From the NCBI GenBank assembly GCA_951406725.2, contig OX597820.1, forward strand, positions 46,810,001 to 46,874,000: a DNA stretch of 64,000 nt, written 5' to 3'. Positions 52,301 through 64,000 of the stretch are shown piece after piece. Each line of letters begins with the position of its first letter. Position 1 is the first letter of the stretch. The notes beneath the pieces are model-generated. The model was given only the letters and a program-made list of their open reading frames with translations, was not told where the DNA came from and ran no database searches. The position numbers and the translations under genes were made by a program. This DNA is from Octopus vulgaris (lineage: Eukaryota).

Positions 52301-52714
52301 TCAAAATCCTGTGTTATTAGACCATTTACAGCTTTTACTAAAAATGCCAAATCAGATTCAGATTTGCTTCTAAAAAGAGGAATTCATTCTTCAGATTCTC
52401 TCATGCAGCCAGTTCAAAGATTAATTCCATCCAAACAACAGATGGATAAAATTGCTGAACTTCAGGCAAAGTACCGTTTAAGGTGTGAAAGTCGACGGCA
52501 GGATAGCATGATACATGGCAGGGTGAGGTTGTGTGATGATCCACTTAGAGATTATGCTGAATTTCATCTGAAAACATATCAGGAAGAAAACCAAGAAATT
52601 GAAGAGATGGAGAGAAAGAAAAAATGTCTAGAAATGGAGCAAAAACAAAAGCAAGAACAGAAGCAGATAGCACATTGGTTGGCATTTTCTAAGGGTTTAC
52701 GTACATCAAGTTGA
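25060..52714 (+). CDS. FBXW10: F-box/WD repeat-containing protein 10 / CDRT1-like; spliced CDS join(25060..25648,27958..28289,33451..33686,34541..34744,38846..38967,41300..41448,45141..45283,46671..46829,51202..52714), 3447 nt, about 1148 aa
   Basis: All eight introns are GT-AG and the phases chain (1,0,2,2,1,0,2,2) into one open frame. N-terminal CxxC..WF..KDYVY region, F-box ([33 protein letters not shown]), [15 protein letters not shown] motif and about 7 WD40 blades match the FBXW10/CDRT1 family as I recall it. Confidence 0.9.
26722..26939. mobile_element. Mariner MITE (same family as 17509 and 56741)
   Basis: TA-caagggggtactgaaaagttcctggct ... agccaggaacttttcagcacctcctca-TA. Confidence 0.85.
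27104..27171. repeat. 19-bp minisatellite, about 3.5 units
   Basis: gagagcctctgtgacactg-type unit. Confidence 0.85.
27958..28289 (+). CDS. FBXW10: FBXW10-like coding exon 2 (F-box)
   Basis: Acceptor ttcattgcag, donor cag|gttaca; encodes the F-box motif [18 protein letters not shown]. Confidence 0.88.
29011..29250. mobile_element. piggyBac-type MITE nested in a SINE
   Basis: TIR cctttagcattca / tgaatgctaaaggg; TTAA on the right and TCAA on the left; the SINE resumes on both sides. Confidence 0.78.
33451..33686 (+). CDS. FBXW10: FBXW10-like coding exon 3
   Basis: Acceptor ccttccacag, donor gtaagt; [15 protein letters not shown]...[15 protein letters not shown]. Confidence 0.9.
34541..34744 (+). 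CDS. FBXW10: FBXW10-like coding exon 4 (WD40)
   Basis: Acceptor atttcag, donor gtaaga; GHAGSIHCL...SGSYDTSIR. Confidence 0.92.
34951..35308 (+). mobile_element. Non-autonomous Helitron/HINE-like element
   Basis: Starts actagc with a 14-bp stem hairpin (actagcactatgac / gtcatagtgctagt), carries a subterminal (CA)n and ends ttatatagagat. Confidence 0.55.
35729..35935. mobile_element. Tc2/pogo-like MITE; second copy at 43336-43605
   Basis: TIR ..tattttctggcat / ..atgccagaaaa; shared core ccaaaaattccatgtgaaatgcagcagg. Confidence 0.62.
36180..38200 (-). mobile_element. Degraded mariner element interrupted by a SINE, plus a second partial 5' copy (37880-38200)
   Basis: [23 protein letters not shown]...DEVKEAVK; the 5' block appears at 36855-37020 plus 37555-37720 and again at 37880-38200. 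Confidence 0.72.
38846..38967 (+). CDS. FBXW10: FBXW10-like coding exon 5 (WD40)
   Basis: Acceptor cttacag, donor gtgagt; [23 protein letters not shown]...SGSKD. Confidence 0.9.
39260..39850 (-). mobile_element. Tc1/mariner (rosa-like) transposase remnant
   Basis: [20 protein letters not shown]...[10 protein letters not shown]. Confidence 0.72.
40412..40840. mobile_element. hAT-like MITE
   Basis: Ends caaggccggatta / taatcctgcactg with an AT-rich core. Confidence 0.5.
41300..41448 (+). CDS. FBXW10: FBXW10-like coding exon 6 (WD40)
   Basis: Acceptor cattaag (AAG type), donor gtaaca; [14 protein letters not shown]...[11 protein letters not shown]. Confidence 0.88.
41735..42205 (-). mobile_element. 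CR1-like LINE 3' end
   Basis: [17 protein letters not shown]...NTRGHIYKV...FS.[10 protein letters not shown]. Confidence 0.78.
42680..43075 (+). mobile_element. Internally deleted mariner remnant
   Basis: FQHCFQQW...[13 protein letters not shown] with a TIR-like end. Confidence 0.68.
43664..44171. mobile_element. hAT (Charlie-like) MITE with a nested HHR-like element (43800-43990)
   Basis: TIR cagtgctactcaaa / tttgagaagcactg; flanks acttagtc / acttaata resemble a decayed 8-bp TSD. Confidence 0.72.
45141..45283 (+). CDS. FBXW10: FBXW10-like coding exon 7 (WD40)
   Basis: Acceptor ttttaccacag, donor gtaaga; [26 protein letters not shown]. Confidence 0.92.
45375..45797. repeat. (CATA)n complex microsatellite
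   Basis: Direct reading. Confidence 0.92.
46045..46541. mobile_element. Inverted pair of HHR-bearing pLTR-like units (arms 46045-46280 and 46302-46541)
   Basis: Arms are near-identical reverse complements; the ORF track shows the same spurious peptide on both strands. Confidence 0.88.
46332..46376 (+). ncRNA. Minimal type I hammerhead ribozyme, sense to the FBXW10-like pre-mRNA
   Basis: CACAUG-CUGAUGA-C GGGU CAAU ACCC A-GAAA-CUCGAG-UC^-UGUGUG; predicted cut after 46370. Confidence 0.8.
46671..46829 (+). CDS. FBXW10: FBXW10-like coding exon 8 (WD40)
   Basis: Acceptor tttatttcag, donor gtgaga; [31 protein letters not shown]. Confidence 0.92.
47802..49303 (-). mobile_element. R4/Dong-clade LINE, 5'-truncated and degraded
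   Basis: [27 protein letters not shown]...HLVSAC zinc knuckle and [12 protein letters not shown] restriction-like endonuclease; (TAA)n on both sides. Confidence 0.85.
49985..50720 (-). mobile_element. R4/Dong-clade LINE 3' fragment
   Basis: [25 protein letters not shown]...KCRICG; EKIEQYQE...QKSVIL. Confidence 0.8.
51202..52714 (+). CDS. FBXW10: FBXW10-like terminal coding exon (end of last WD blade, long S/K-rich tail, terminal coiled coil)
   Basis: Acceptor ttattttcag in phase 2; 504-codon open frame to TGA at 52714. Confidence 0.88.
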
Positions 52715-53419
52715 TATCAAATCTACAAGAATGTAAGAGAGGCAACCAAACTGTTCCAATTAAATTATAATTAATTTATTCCTTTAGACATAATTCTCCA
52801 ATTTCTATAGGGAAGTAGGATGTATTTGACTGAACAAAAGTATATCACTGGTATTATTTTAAACTCTTTAGAAAATTGAAAGACAAGGAGTTATTTGAAC
52901 TTGTAATGTAGAGAGATGGAACTAAATGCTGTAATGAATTTAGTCTGACAAATTACCATTTGAGCTGACAATATTCTCTAAATTGTTGAGAATGGCTACC
53001 AGACTAGCTGAAAATTTTTTCACTGTTTTTGTACATATTGATTATATTTAGAGTAGAAGATTTATCCTTTTACTACAGTATCATTGATATTAAAGAAAAA
53101 ATAGACCTCAGTGGTTCATTGAAGCAGGACTTAATGTTTATACCTGAAATTTCAATGTTCCTACTTCATGGCACACTAGAGATTAGATAATCCTTTCTCC
53201 TGTAGGCACAAGGCCTGAACTGTTTTTGGAGGGGGCTAGTAGATTACATTGACTTCAGTACTCAGTTGGTACTTTTTTCGTTTCCCCTGAAAGGATGAAA
53301 GGCAAAAGTCGACTTTTCATATAGCAAAATTATGAATGACATGTTTTCCAAGAAATTTTCCACGATCTTATTTTGGCTATAAATTTTCTGAAACCCATTT
53401 AAAATACTGATTAAGCAAA

Positions 53420-53920
53420 CTAAGTTATATACAGTCTCAACTATTTCTAGGGAGTCTTCCAGACATTGAAAGAATCCATTTTATGGGTACTTTTATTGCT
53501 AACCATTCTACTACATATGAAGACTTTCTTATCTCTCATCTTTTACACACCCATTGTTTATCTTGGGTACACAGTATAGAGTTTCTATATACTCCTTTTC
53601 TGCATATTAAGAATTGCCACTTCCTAGATGGTGGTAAAGTTCTATGTTCTTTTTTACTAATTAAAACATATCTTTGCAAATTTACTTCAAGACCTTGTGA
53701 TTCTAGACTTGGCTTCCATGCTTGAAATTTCATCTCTAATTCTTTGACAGATTCAGCTAGATATAGATCATCAGTATACAGAAGTTCTCACAAACCACCA
53801 GTCTTAAACTCTCCTGTTAATGTAGGGAGGACTATAACTAGGAACAAGTTGAAAGTCCTCTAACGGACTCTTATTTGCATACCAAATTCCTTACTGAAGT
53901 CATTGCTAACTCTCACATTG
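53420..53920 (-). mobile_element. RTE-clade LINE fragment
   Basis: KFQAWKPSLESQGLEVN...ICRKGVYRNSILCTQDKQWVCKR, a post-RT region with a Cys-rich insert. Confidence 0.62.
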
Positions 53921-56621
53921 CTGACATAGCTATATATGTTACCCTGAAAAGATCCTGCTCCACAAGTTGATAATTACTAAAAACAGTGACTTGCTCTTAG
54001 CTAAGAACTTTTGTAGTTATATCACTAGGAAGAGGACTTGATAGTACCCCTATCCTGATACAAGCTTGAACTGCATCTTGCATAAACTAAATCTCTTCCT
54101 GATGAGTTGTGATATAATTCTTTCTGTCTCATAATTTGATCATCATTTAATGTCTGTTGTCCATGCTGGCATGGGTTGGATGGTCTGACCAGAACTGGCA
54201 AGCTGGGAAACTGCACCAGACTCCAGTCTGACTTGGTATGGTTTCTTCAGCTGGATGCCCTTCCTAACACCAACCACTTTACAGAGTGTGCTGGGTGCTT
54301 TGATGTGGCACTCAAGAGCACTTTTATGTGCTTGTTTTTTCCTTTTAGCAGCTGAACATAAAATCATTATGCCACTCATTAAGGATATCCTTTTTGATTG
54401 ACTAAAACATATTTTGTAACTTGCTGAATATTTTCAGCATCTCAATGAATACCTTCATGGCTTGGCTGCTTTTATATTCCTAATAGCTGTTTTAATCGTG
54501 TAACTGTCAACATTAATTAACTGGTCCCTCTTTTTGGCTGGTTTGGGATGTTCCGTTTCTCTCCCATGTTTTTCCCCATTTAACAAATGCTTGTATTAGT
54601 TGTTTTTTTTCTTCAAAGGTATTTTTTTTATCTCAGCATCAATGCTCCATTATTATTCTGTACATATTTACCCAATGGTATACTAGAAACTTTCGACAGT
54701 ATCAAGATGTAGAAATTGCACATAATCAAAACAATACACTTCTGCTACAACCTCCTTAATCATGAACAAATTACAACTAAAAACTTCCTAAACTTTACAA
54801 ATGCTAATCCTTTCAGATCAAAAGTTACATAACAAGGCTACTCTCCCCCTTCAGTTATAAACAGCTACTGGTCCTCAACATAACCTTAATGTCCCCAATT
54901 CTAAGGACATTTTAATTAAAAATTTTTTTTTTTTTACTTGCCAAGACTGAAGAAAGCTACAGTGCTGATTACCTTTGTAAGCTCTCCAGTTTAATTGATG
55001 CCAGAAATGTTCCTCTGGAATCATTTCCCGTCAGTAACAGCAGAAAAAAACCTGAGGATGAACATTGAGAAGAGAAGACAGCGTATAATGGTTAGTGAAT
55101 GACCTAAGAGATTGGAACAACAGGGGTGATGAGAAATGAAACAGATGGGTCAAGAATGCCCGAGGGGAGATGATATTGGTCCAACCATCTCTGAGAAGCA
55201 GAGTCTATTATAGTAGTGGTAGAAAAAGTAGAGAAAGGAAGCAGCACACTTGTGGGCCAGAGCCAGGAGCATGTGTGTAAGTGAATTTGTGACAACACTG
55301 CTACTACATACACAAACCTTAACAATGGATTGATTTTGCCAACCGACATTCCCCAACACACTATATTTTTCTTTATTGCCTACTAGGGGCTAAACATAGA
55401 GGGGACAAACAAGGACAGACAAAAGGATTAAGTCGATTACATCGACCCCAGTGCGTAACTGGTACTCTATTTATCGACCCCGAAAGGATGAAAGGCAAAG
55501 TCAACCTCGGCGGGATTTGAACTCAGAACGTAATGGCAGATGAAATACCGCTAAGCATTTCACCCGGTGCGCAAACATTTTTGCTAGCTCGCCACCTTAC
55601 CTCCCCAACACACTATAGCTATTAGGACATCAACATACAGTGCAGTCTCTATGTTTCTACATTGAGTCCTCTTAATCTCTTAATTAATAAGTCGCCCATC
55701 ATCTTATTTACTTACAACTTCTTTTACTCTCTGATTAATCCTCCAATCCTATACAAAACACTCCACCAAATCCTTCCTAAAGCTTAAATCCTCTGCCCCT
55801 CTTCCCATCCCAAACACATTTTCCCAACAGGCATTAAACCTGCCAAAATTCAAGCTGAATGTCAACAAAATTGATGCCAGCAGTCTTCAGAGATTTTGTA
55901 AAATTCATGGGCATTGCCCCTCGTCCAGTTATTAGATGGCTGTAATGATTTCTTTTAAGATCAAAGAAAGTTTATAAAGTTCATTAACTCTATTATGGTA
56001 TATATTATATTACTAATAATAATTTCATCAACCTCAGAGATTGTCAAATTCAGTAAAATCTTCCTTCTAGAAATGCCATCAGTCTTCAAACTGTATCAAT
56101 CATTTTGCATCAAAAGCATCTTTAGATTAATCTGTAGATGGAAAATTTGAGGGAATTTCAGATGAAAAACACTGTGAAATAATTCCCTGTAGCTGTCTCT
56201 CACCTTGTAGGAGACCATAAACTTAGAACATCAAGCTAATGAAACCCTGGTTAAATATGTTGTTTACAACTACTTCAGCTATGATACTAAGGCTACAAAA
56301 AGAAAACAAAAAACTCTAAAATAATACAAAACAACCTCATCATATTCTCCTACACGATAAATCTAATGATCCATGTATTTGCACCTTATAGGATTTGAAC
56401 TGAAAACTGTTCAGTTCCAGATCAGGTCTGAAGATGTCAACTTAGAAAAGGGGGAAAAAAATTACTGAATAAATAAGAAAACAAATTAGTTAATAAAAAT
56501 CATTTCTTTATTTCATACAATGGCAACAAACAAAATATAATTGACTGGTATACATTTACCATAACTTGAGTATTTATCAAAATATGAAAATATATCAGTA
56601 AAAAAGCAAGACAGTGCAGTG

Positions 56622-56666
<45 letters not shown>

Positions 56667-56740
56667 CATGTATATGTTTCTGTATTTGTTGATATCAATA
56701 TGTGAGCAAAAATGTATACATACATTCATACATACATGTA

Positions 56741-56940
56741 CGATGGGGTGCTGAAAAGTTCCTGCCTTTAAGGGTCTTGTGAAAGGCCTGGTTGGAGGTC
56801 CAACCTTCCAAGTTCTTTTACAGGGCTTAGAAAAGCTGAATGACTGCTGCAATATGTGTGTGAATCTGAGAGGGAAATGTGTTAAATAAAATCCTGTATT
56901 TTCTTTTACCCAAAGCCAGGAACTTTTCAGCACCCCCTTG
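56741..56940. mobile_element. Mariner MITE (third copy)
   Basis: TA-cgatggggtgctgaaaagttcctg ... caggaacttttcagcacccccttg-TA. Confidence 0.85.
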
Positions 56941-58704
56941 TATGTATGTCATTATAATGCATGTAATCTACAACTAATAATGTAAAACAATGTAAAAAAA
57001 AAAGTCAAAATCAACACTTTATTTTGATGATTTACAGTGTACTCTCCATCTATAGCTATTTCATCAGTATTAACTTATAAATTTTGGCTTAACTTCAATA
57101 AACTGAAATGAAGGTTAAATAGAAGTTATCGCTCATACTTCAATACAGTTGGATGAATCAAGTGTGATAGGCATCCAGATATTATATATAAAACAAAACA
57201 AAAAAAACAATCATATGCTTCAATTTAACATAAACAGATATTTGATGAAAACTAATCCATTTATGTTATAATGAATATATCACTATCATTGATTTTCTGA
57301 CTTCTACACAGTCTGATTGTGTTTGTAATACATCAACCTTCCTCATATTTTGGACCCCTGATGCTTGTAACATCAATTGATATCTGGATCTGTTGAAATA
57401 TTTACTAATGGTTATGACAACATTACATCACTTAAAGTATCGGCAGTTCTTTGTTGGAATTGAATACTGAAGAGCAGTTCCTTTACAATGCAGATAATAT
57501 TTCACATGATTTATCCAACAGAAATTTAACTGTAGATTGCAGCAAATCAAGACCTGGATTTTACTTAAAGAGCAACATAAAATGCCTGTTGTTTATTATT
57601 GTTAGATAATAAATGGATTAAAGCTGAACACTTAACCATTACACGACAGTGTCTCTAACTTTTGGCCAGATACTTCAGAGTAATAATAATATATGAAATA
57701 AAAAATGGTGACTGAAGAATGAGGATAGGCTGAAATATGTAATATAGAAAAAAAATGTAGAAAATGACAAAAAAAGTAAAATCAACAATAGACACACACA
57801 CACAGTTACATTATTACATATGTGTTTGTATATTTAAAAACGATGAGCATTTATAACCAGTACTTGGATAAATTTTTGGCGATTGGAGTTAAAAATAAAA
57901 ATTTACAAACTCCTTTGATTATGTGAATTGGTTAAATATGTAAATATCTAAGAAAAACAATTTTTTTTCTTGAAAAGTTTTCACTTGAAAGTGTAATAAA
58001 AATTACGTACTTGTATGCTTATATCTATATATTTTAAAAACTTGTATGGATAGACAGAAGCATACATATAAACGCATGTGTAAACATATGGACGGCATCA
58101 AAAAAAAATCTCAGAATTGTATATACGAATCAAAGTGGACGGAATTTTTATCTTCGTAATAATTTAAAATGTTTGTATGTTTACAAAATAATGATAATTT
58201 GATGATGAAAAACACATTAAGAATGATAAATATTGTTTGAGTATAAGTATATGAATATTTTATTTTATTTTAGCATTTTTAGTCTTTTCAGGGTTAAAAA
58301 TGTTTCCACTCAGTTGTCAATTTATACTACAATATTATATATATTTATTTATTTATTATTCTATTTTTATAATTTTTGTTCTATGTTTGCATAAGATGAC
58401 TCTTATCAGAATATGAAGCTTATAAAATGACACACTGAATGTGCTTTTTGATTTACTGAGACATTGTGGGTCTGACAAAATAATCTGTATCCTGGTCCCC
58501 TGGCTCTTTAATCAAAACAAAGAAATTTACATTAGAAATTACAGAAAATTTTTAAAAAGTATGATGCTGGGGAAAGAAAAAAAAAAGGGATTTTAGATAA
58601 AATTTGTTAAAAGAAAATTTTTTTAAACAAACAAGTTATATTGAAAACACAACTATGTGCAAATTTGATCTTTTTATCAAGGCTTTTTCACATTAATTTA
58701 TTAA

Positions 58705-59164
58705 CCTTATTGATACCAACCCATTTAAGACTGCCCCTGGTTTTATGATGCAAATTTCATGATTTAAAGCAATCTAAATTAAAACCTTCCATCAAAATTT
58801 TAAGCTAATTTATGTTCTAAATACAGGCTTAATAATCCTTTCTGTTATAGACACAAGGTCCAACATTTTCTTTTAAGAGGGCTCGTCAATTATATCAACT
58901 CCAGTATGCAGCTGGTACTTAGTTTATTGACTCTGAAAGAATGAAATGCAAAGTTGACCGTGGCAAAATTTGAACTCACAACATAAAGATGGACGAAAAG
59001 CAGCTGCTAAACAGTTTTCCTAGCTAGCTAACAATTCTACTAGCTCACCACCTTAAAAATACAGGTTTAATATGATAGTTATTTTACCAAATTTTTCATT
59101 ATTTTGAAAGTTTTATTTGAAACAAAAGCAGTGTATCCCAACAGAAATAATGGTAGCAAGAGCG
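58705..59164. mobile_element. Probable piggyBac-type MITE with nested SINE
   Basis: TTAA on both sides; degenerate TIR ccttattgatacc / ggtagcaagagcg. Confidence 0.45.
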
Positions 59165-62037
59165 TTAATCCATGGTTAGTTTTAGATCAATAAAGTTCTC
59201 TTGTCTATCAAGGATCATGATTTTATTATTGGTGATATCATCATCATCACCAGATTTTTGGCTGCTAACTCCAAGTTACTTTCAGTAATGAGTTATTGTT
59301 CCTAATTTTATTACTAGGGTGCTGTGTACTTTTACAATGAGGAGCTATTGTAGCGAAATACGAAACAAAACTAGTTAGAAAGCATTATCTTTTATCAGTA
59401 AAGTGAGTAGCCACATCAAAGTGACAGACGAATGTCACTACTAGTTTAACCCCAGGCGGATTCTCCACCAGCTGGTTTTTGGTGCAGGCTCTGCACTCTT
59501 TATATACAATAAATTGCTAGCAGGGGGAATGAATCCCTACTACTCTCCAGCAGCTGACAGAATCACAGGACCAGCCAGTTTTGAGCTATTTGACTCACAT
59601 CTTCTATCTTTCACTTGTTTCAGTCATTGGACAGTTGCCAGGCTGAGGGTTCAGTTGAACAAATTGACTGCAGTACTTATTTTAAGTGTGATTACGTATT
59701 CTTTTGGTTTATTTTGCCAAACTGCTAAGTTACAGAGATGTAAACAAACCAACATTGCATATCAAGTATATACGACAGGCATCCACACAGTTTCTGTTTA
59801 CCAAATTCACTTACAAGGCATTAATTGGTCTGGGGCAATAGTAATAGACACTTGATGAAGATGCTGAGAAATGGGACTGAACTCAATACCACATGGTTGA
59901 AACGTGAGCTTCTTAGCCTTACAGCCATGACTACAAACAATCTATACAGAATTTTTCAGTACATAAAAATGAACACAGGTACAGTATTTTTGAAGATACT
60001 AAGTACAGAAATTGATGAATGAAACTAACTTGGAGTCAATGGGGGAAATATTTAATCATCAATGATGTCAGAAAAAAAAAAATGCATAATTCCCAAGATT
60101 CATGCTAACTATAAAACAACAAATTTGACATTATAATCATTTTATCCAGAAATTTAAATTGAGAAATTTTAGAAATGCAAATGGGACCTGAACTGCTATA
60201 GTTTCAAACTAAACATAAAGATCTAATATAGAAATACTAAAAGTCAAATTTTATATACAAAGAATTATATAAATATGATCAAACTTGAAAGTGTGTTTTC
60301 AATATAACACACACGTACATGTGTGTGTGTGTGCGCGCACGCGTGCACATACATGCATGATTTCTCTTCTTGATTAGTGGATTTTTAGAGTATATTTTGG
60401 TCAACCACCAGCACTGTAGCAAGGTTGTAACGAAAAGGTATTAGGAAAAGGGGATCTTGTTCATTTCATCATCTTTCTTTGCAATCATTCAGCTACTAAA
60501 GGTGTGTGAGTGTGTGTGCGCATGTGTCTGCATGCTTATGTGTGTATGTATGTATCACTGATTATAATTTTACGTCTGCTTTTTCATGGTGGCACAGGTT
60601 GGGGATATTATCACAGCCAAAGTGAGCTCTTATTTAAAGTTACTGTCCTCCTAGATAGGAAGGACCGTGTCTCATTTACATGATTTCTACAGCTAGATGC
60701 CTTTTCTATCACCAACTACTTTCAGAATGTATGAGATTTAGTTAATCAAGGCTCCAGCACTAGATAGGTTGTTGTGTCTCTGGCAAGACTCATAGAGTGA
60801 CCTTTCTACTCTAGGTTGCTTCCATAAGTTTCTTTCCTACCCAACTATTAAGTGAAAGTAGAGTAAGAATGAAAGTGTGATAGAAGAGAATGGAATTGTA
60901 AAAGCTCTAGAGATAGGAATGAAAGAGAGAAAAAGAGAGAGAAAATAGTAGACAGCTACACAATGGTTGCTGATAAGGATATTGGAAGGAAGCAACATGA
61001 CCTGAGAAGATGACAGAAGTGGGGAATATGTGAGTGTGTATGCATTTATGTGTATGTGTGTTCACTAAAGTGCATAAACGAAAGAGGAAGAGAATGTTCA
61101 TTACATGCAGTATAAATTTTTAATGTTCACCAGTTGCCGAAAATAACAACCAATGAGAAAGTCATAATAGTGACAGAATGAATAAACAGTGTAGTATAAT
61201 AGAACATAGTATAATTGTATATATTTCAAAAAACGTTTTCTTTAAAAAAAAAATTAACTCTTGACTAGTAAAATATAACAAAAATAAAATATATAATCAT
61301 CATCTTTTGTGCTTAGCCATATAGGCACCAGTTTGAATTAAAAAAGAACAACTTGAACACTGATTGAACTTAAACCAATATATCTATCAATTGTTTGCTT
61401 GACAATCATGTTACCAATTGTATTATAGGTTACCTGCCTTTCTGTCTCTTCAAATTCAATATTATAAATTGTTTCTGTTATTTTAACTCTTTTGTTTTAT
61501 TTCTACAAGATAACTTACCAGTCACTTAGCGCTAGCAGGATAGGCTATCCTGTTATGTCCAACATAGCAAGGTATCTTAGTTTGGTTCAGTGTTTCCAAT
61601 GAGAAATAACTTAATGAATCTAATTAAGAATTAACTAAGATGTGAATGCAAGTGATATCAATATCAAGTGACAGTTGTGTTTAGTTAAAACCCGTTTCAT
61701 AAGCAATGACCTTTAACCTCAAACAGGAGCATTGACCTCCTACTCCAACCCATAAGTAAAAGTTATCTTTAGTAACCCAGAAGAAATTATTTCTTTACAT
61801 AATTAGGAATAATAATTATAATGACATGATTAGAGAGGTATTCTGGGAGATGACACATGTGGTGGTGGTGGTAGGAGGTGGGGTGATGAATGTGGTGAGT
61901 GTATATATGTGTATGTGTGCAAGGATCAATAGAGTACAATAGACTTACTGATACTGGATTAATGTGGTGGCTAAGCATTTTTGCCTAGCATGCTTACAAT
62001 TCTGCCAGCTCACTGCCTTAATAATAATAATAATAAT

Positions 62038-62860
62038 AGGGTAATGTAAAAGTGATACCAGTGGTAATCAGAGCATTGGGCTCAATCCCATTGAAACTTA
62101 AAGACTTCCTAAGGCAACTGGAAATCCCATGCAAAATTGATGTCTTGCAAAAAGCAGCCTTATTGGGCACAGTGCACATCTTAAGGAAAGTATTATCTGT
62201 CTGAGGTCCTTGTTTTGACTTGACACCGGTGCATTTTTAACTTACACTGTGTCACGAAGGAATAATGATAAGATTCAAACATTCAGATTGACAAAGTAAT
62301 AGAAGCTAGAAGGCTTGATTTAGTTGTAGTAGACAAAGAGAATACAAAGTGCCAGGTAATTGAGTTCACAGTCCCAAATGATGAGAAAGTCAATATGAGG
62401 GGTATAGAGAAAACAGAAAATGTATCCCTGTAATTGTAGGTATATTAGGAACTATCCCTAAAGATTAAAAGAGATGTACAGAGGAAATAGGCATAAAACT
62501 TCATAATAATAATAATAATAATATGTAGGATGTGCATGGTGCCTAGTACTGCTATATAACATATAGAAAATAGCACTACTAGGCAGTGCACATATCCTAT
62601 GTAGAGCACTTTCAAAACACTGAAAATAAGAGCACCACAACAAACCAGTGCACATACCCAAGGCACACAGAACTGTGCTTGGTATTGCAGTGAAAGAACG
62701 TGATAAGATTAAGACTACTGAATAATAATAATAATAATAATAATAATGACTTTACAGTTCCAAATGATGAGAAAGTCAATGAGGGTTACAGAGAAAATAG
62801 CAAAATACAATGATACCAGGACTTAGCCTTTAAGTTACAGAGGCTAGAGGAAATAGGAAG
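62038..62860 (+). mobile_element. Cluster of R4/Dong-clade LINE 3' fragments separated by (TAA)n
   Basis: VKVIPVVIRALGSIP...LQKAALLGTVHILRKVL* and IQIDKVIEARRLDLVVVDK. Confidence 0.75.
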
Positions 62861-64000
62861 TTATATCGACATAAAAACTTAATTGGTACTTTTTTTCTAT
62901 CAGTCATAAAAGCATGGCAGGCCAGCTAACTACAGTAAGATTTGAACTCAAGACAAAGAGATGTAACTAATTACCCTGATATATTTTGCTAAGTACACTT
63001 ATAATTTTATAGTTATAATTATAAAGAAACACAAGGTGGTGAGCTGGCAGAATCATTAGCACACTGGGCAAAATGCATAGTGGTATTTCATCTGTCTCTA
63101 TGTTCTGAGTTCAAATACCGCCAGAGTCGACTTTGCCTTTCATCCTTTTGGGGTTGATAAAATAAGTACCCACCTTCTAAATTGCTGGCTTTGTGCCAAA
63201 ATTTGAAACCAATTATCATAAGAAAGCACTAATAATTTAATCATTATCTGCTAGCAATAATTATGATAAAGACTAATAAAACAAACTAAACATTTGTTTT
63301 TTTATAAGCATTGAAATGTGTATTGTAAGATACAAATAAGATAATTTATTTTCAAACAGAGAAATGCCATTAGAACAGCAAAAATATTGAGTAAATTACC
63401 TTTACAAAGCTGACCTTGTCAGAATTTGAACTCAGAATGTAAAGACATGAAATGTCATTAAGTATTTTGTCCAGTATGGTAATGATTCTGCCAGCTCACC
63501 ATCTAATAATAATTATAATTATAATAATCCTTTTATACTAAAGGCACAAGGCCTCATATTTGTGGGGAGAGGACTAGTCAATTACATCGACCCCGGTGTT
63601 TCGCTGGTACTTAATTTATCGAACCCAAATGGACAAAAGGCAAAGTCGACCTCAGCGGAATTTGAACTCAGAATGTAGCAATGGCTGAAATACCGCTAAG
63701 CATTTCATCCAGCACGCTAATGATTCTGCACTCTTGCCACCTTATGTAATAATAATAATAATAATGGTAATAGTGGTTTCAAATTTTGGCACAAGGCTAG
63801 CAGTCTTGGGGAAGAAGGAAAGTCATTTGCATTGACTCCAGTTTGTGACTGGTGCCTTATTTTACCAACCCTGAAGCATGAAAGACAAAGTTGACTTCAG
63901 CAGGATTTGAGCTCAGAATACAGACCAAGCATGAATAAGGCAAAGCAAATTTTTCTAACGCTTTGACAATTCTGTATAATGATAATAAAAATAATAATGA

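Noticed and set aside
51952-52350. 132-aa antisense ORF
   Set aside because: Shadow of the terminal coding exon.
59328-59385. Possible + strand hammerhead ending aaaactagttagaaag
   Set aside because: Core too degenerate (ACAATGA) to support.
61420-61790. Minus-strand exon suggested by a donor-like cttacc near 61514
   Set aside because: No matching acceptor or recognisable reading frame.

Overview
AT-rich, microsatellite-dense eukaryotic DNA. The SINE, LINE and MITE families and the long (TATG)n/(TA)n tracts point to a cephalopod, probably Octopus (inference). One protein-coding gene can be reconstructed with consistent splice phases: a + strand FBXW10/CDRT1-like F-box/WD40 gene with 9 coding exons (25060-52714, about 1148 aa). 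The rest is transposon debris: tRNA-derived SINEs, R4/Dong-, CR1- and RTE-type LINE pieces, Tc1/mariner remnants, several MITEs, a Helitron-like element and Penelope-like (PLE) fragments. The main non-obvious signal is about 17 hand-recognised minimal hammerhead-ribozyme (HHR) motifs, from near-canonical to degenerate, belonging to several unrelated short elements. These elements often sit in microsatellites and form partial tandem or inverted (foldback) copies. One has a sense-strand HHR core inside a roughly 240-bp hairpin in an FBXW10 intron. All structures were read by eye, repeat boundaries are approximate, and no ribozyme activity is shown.
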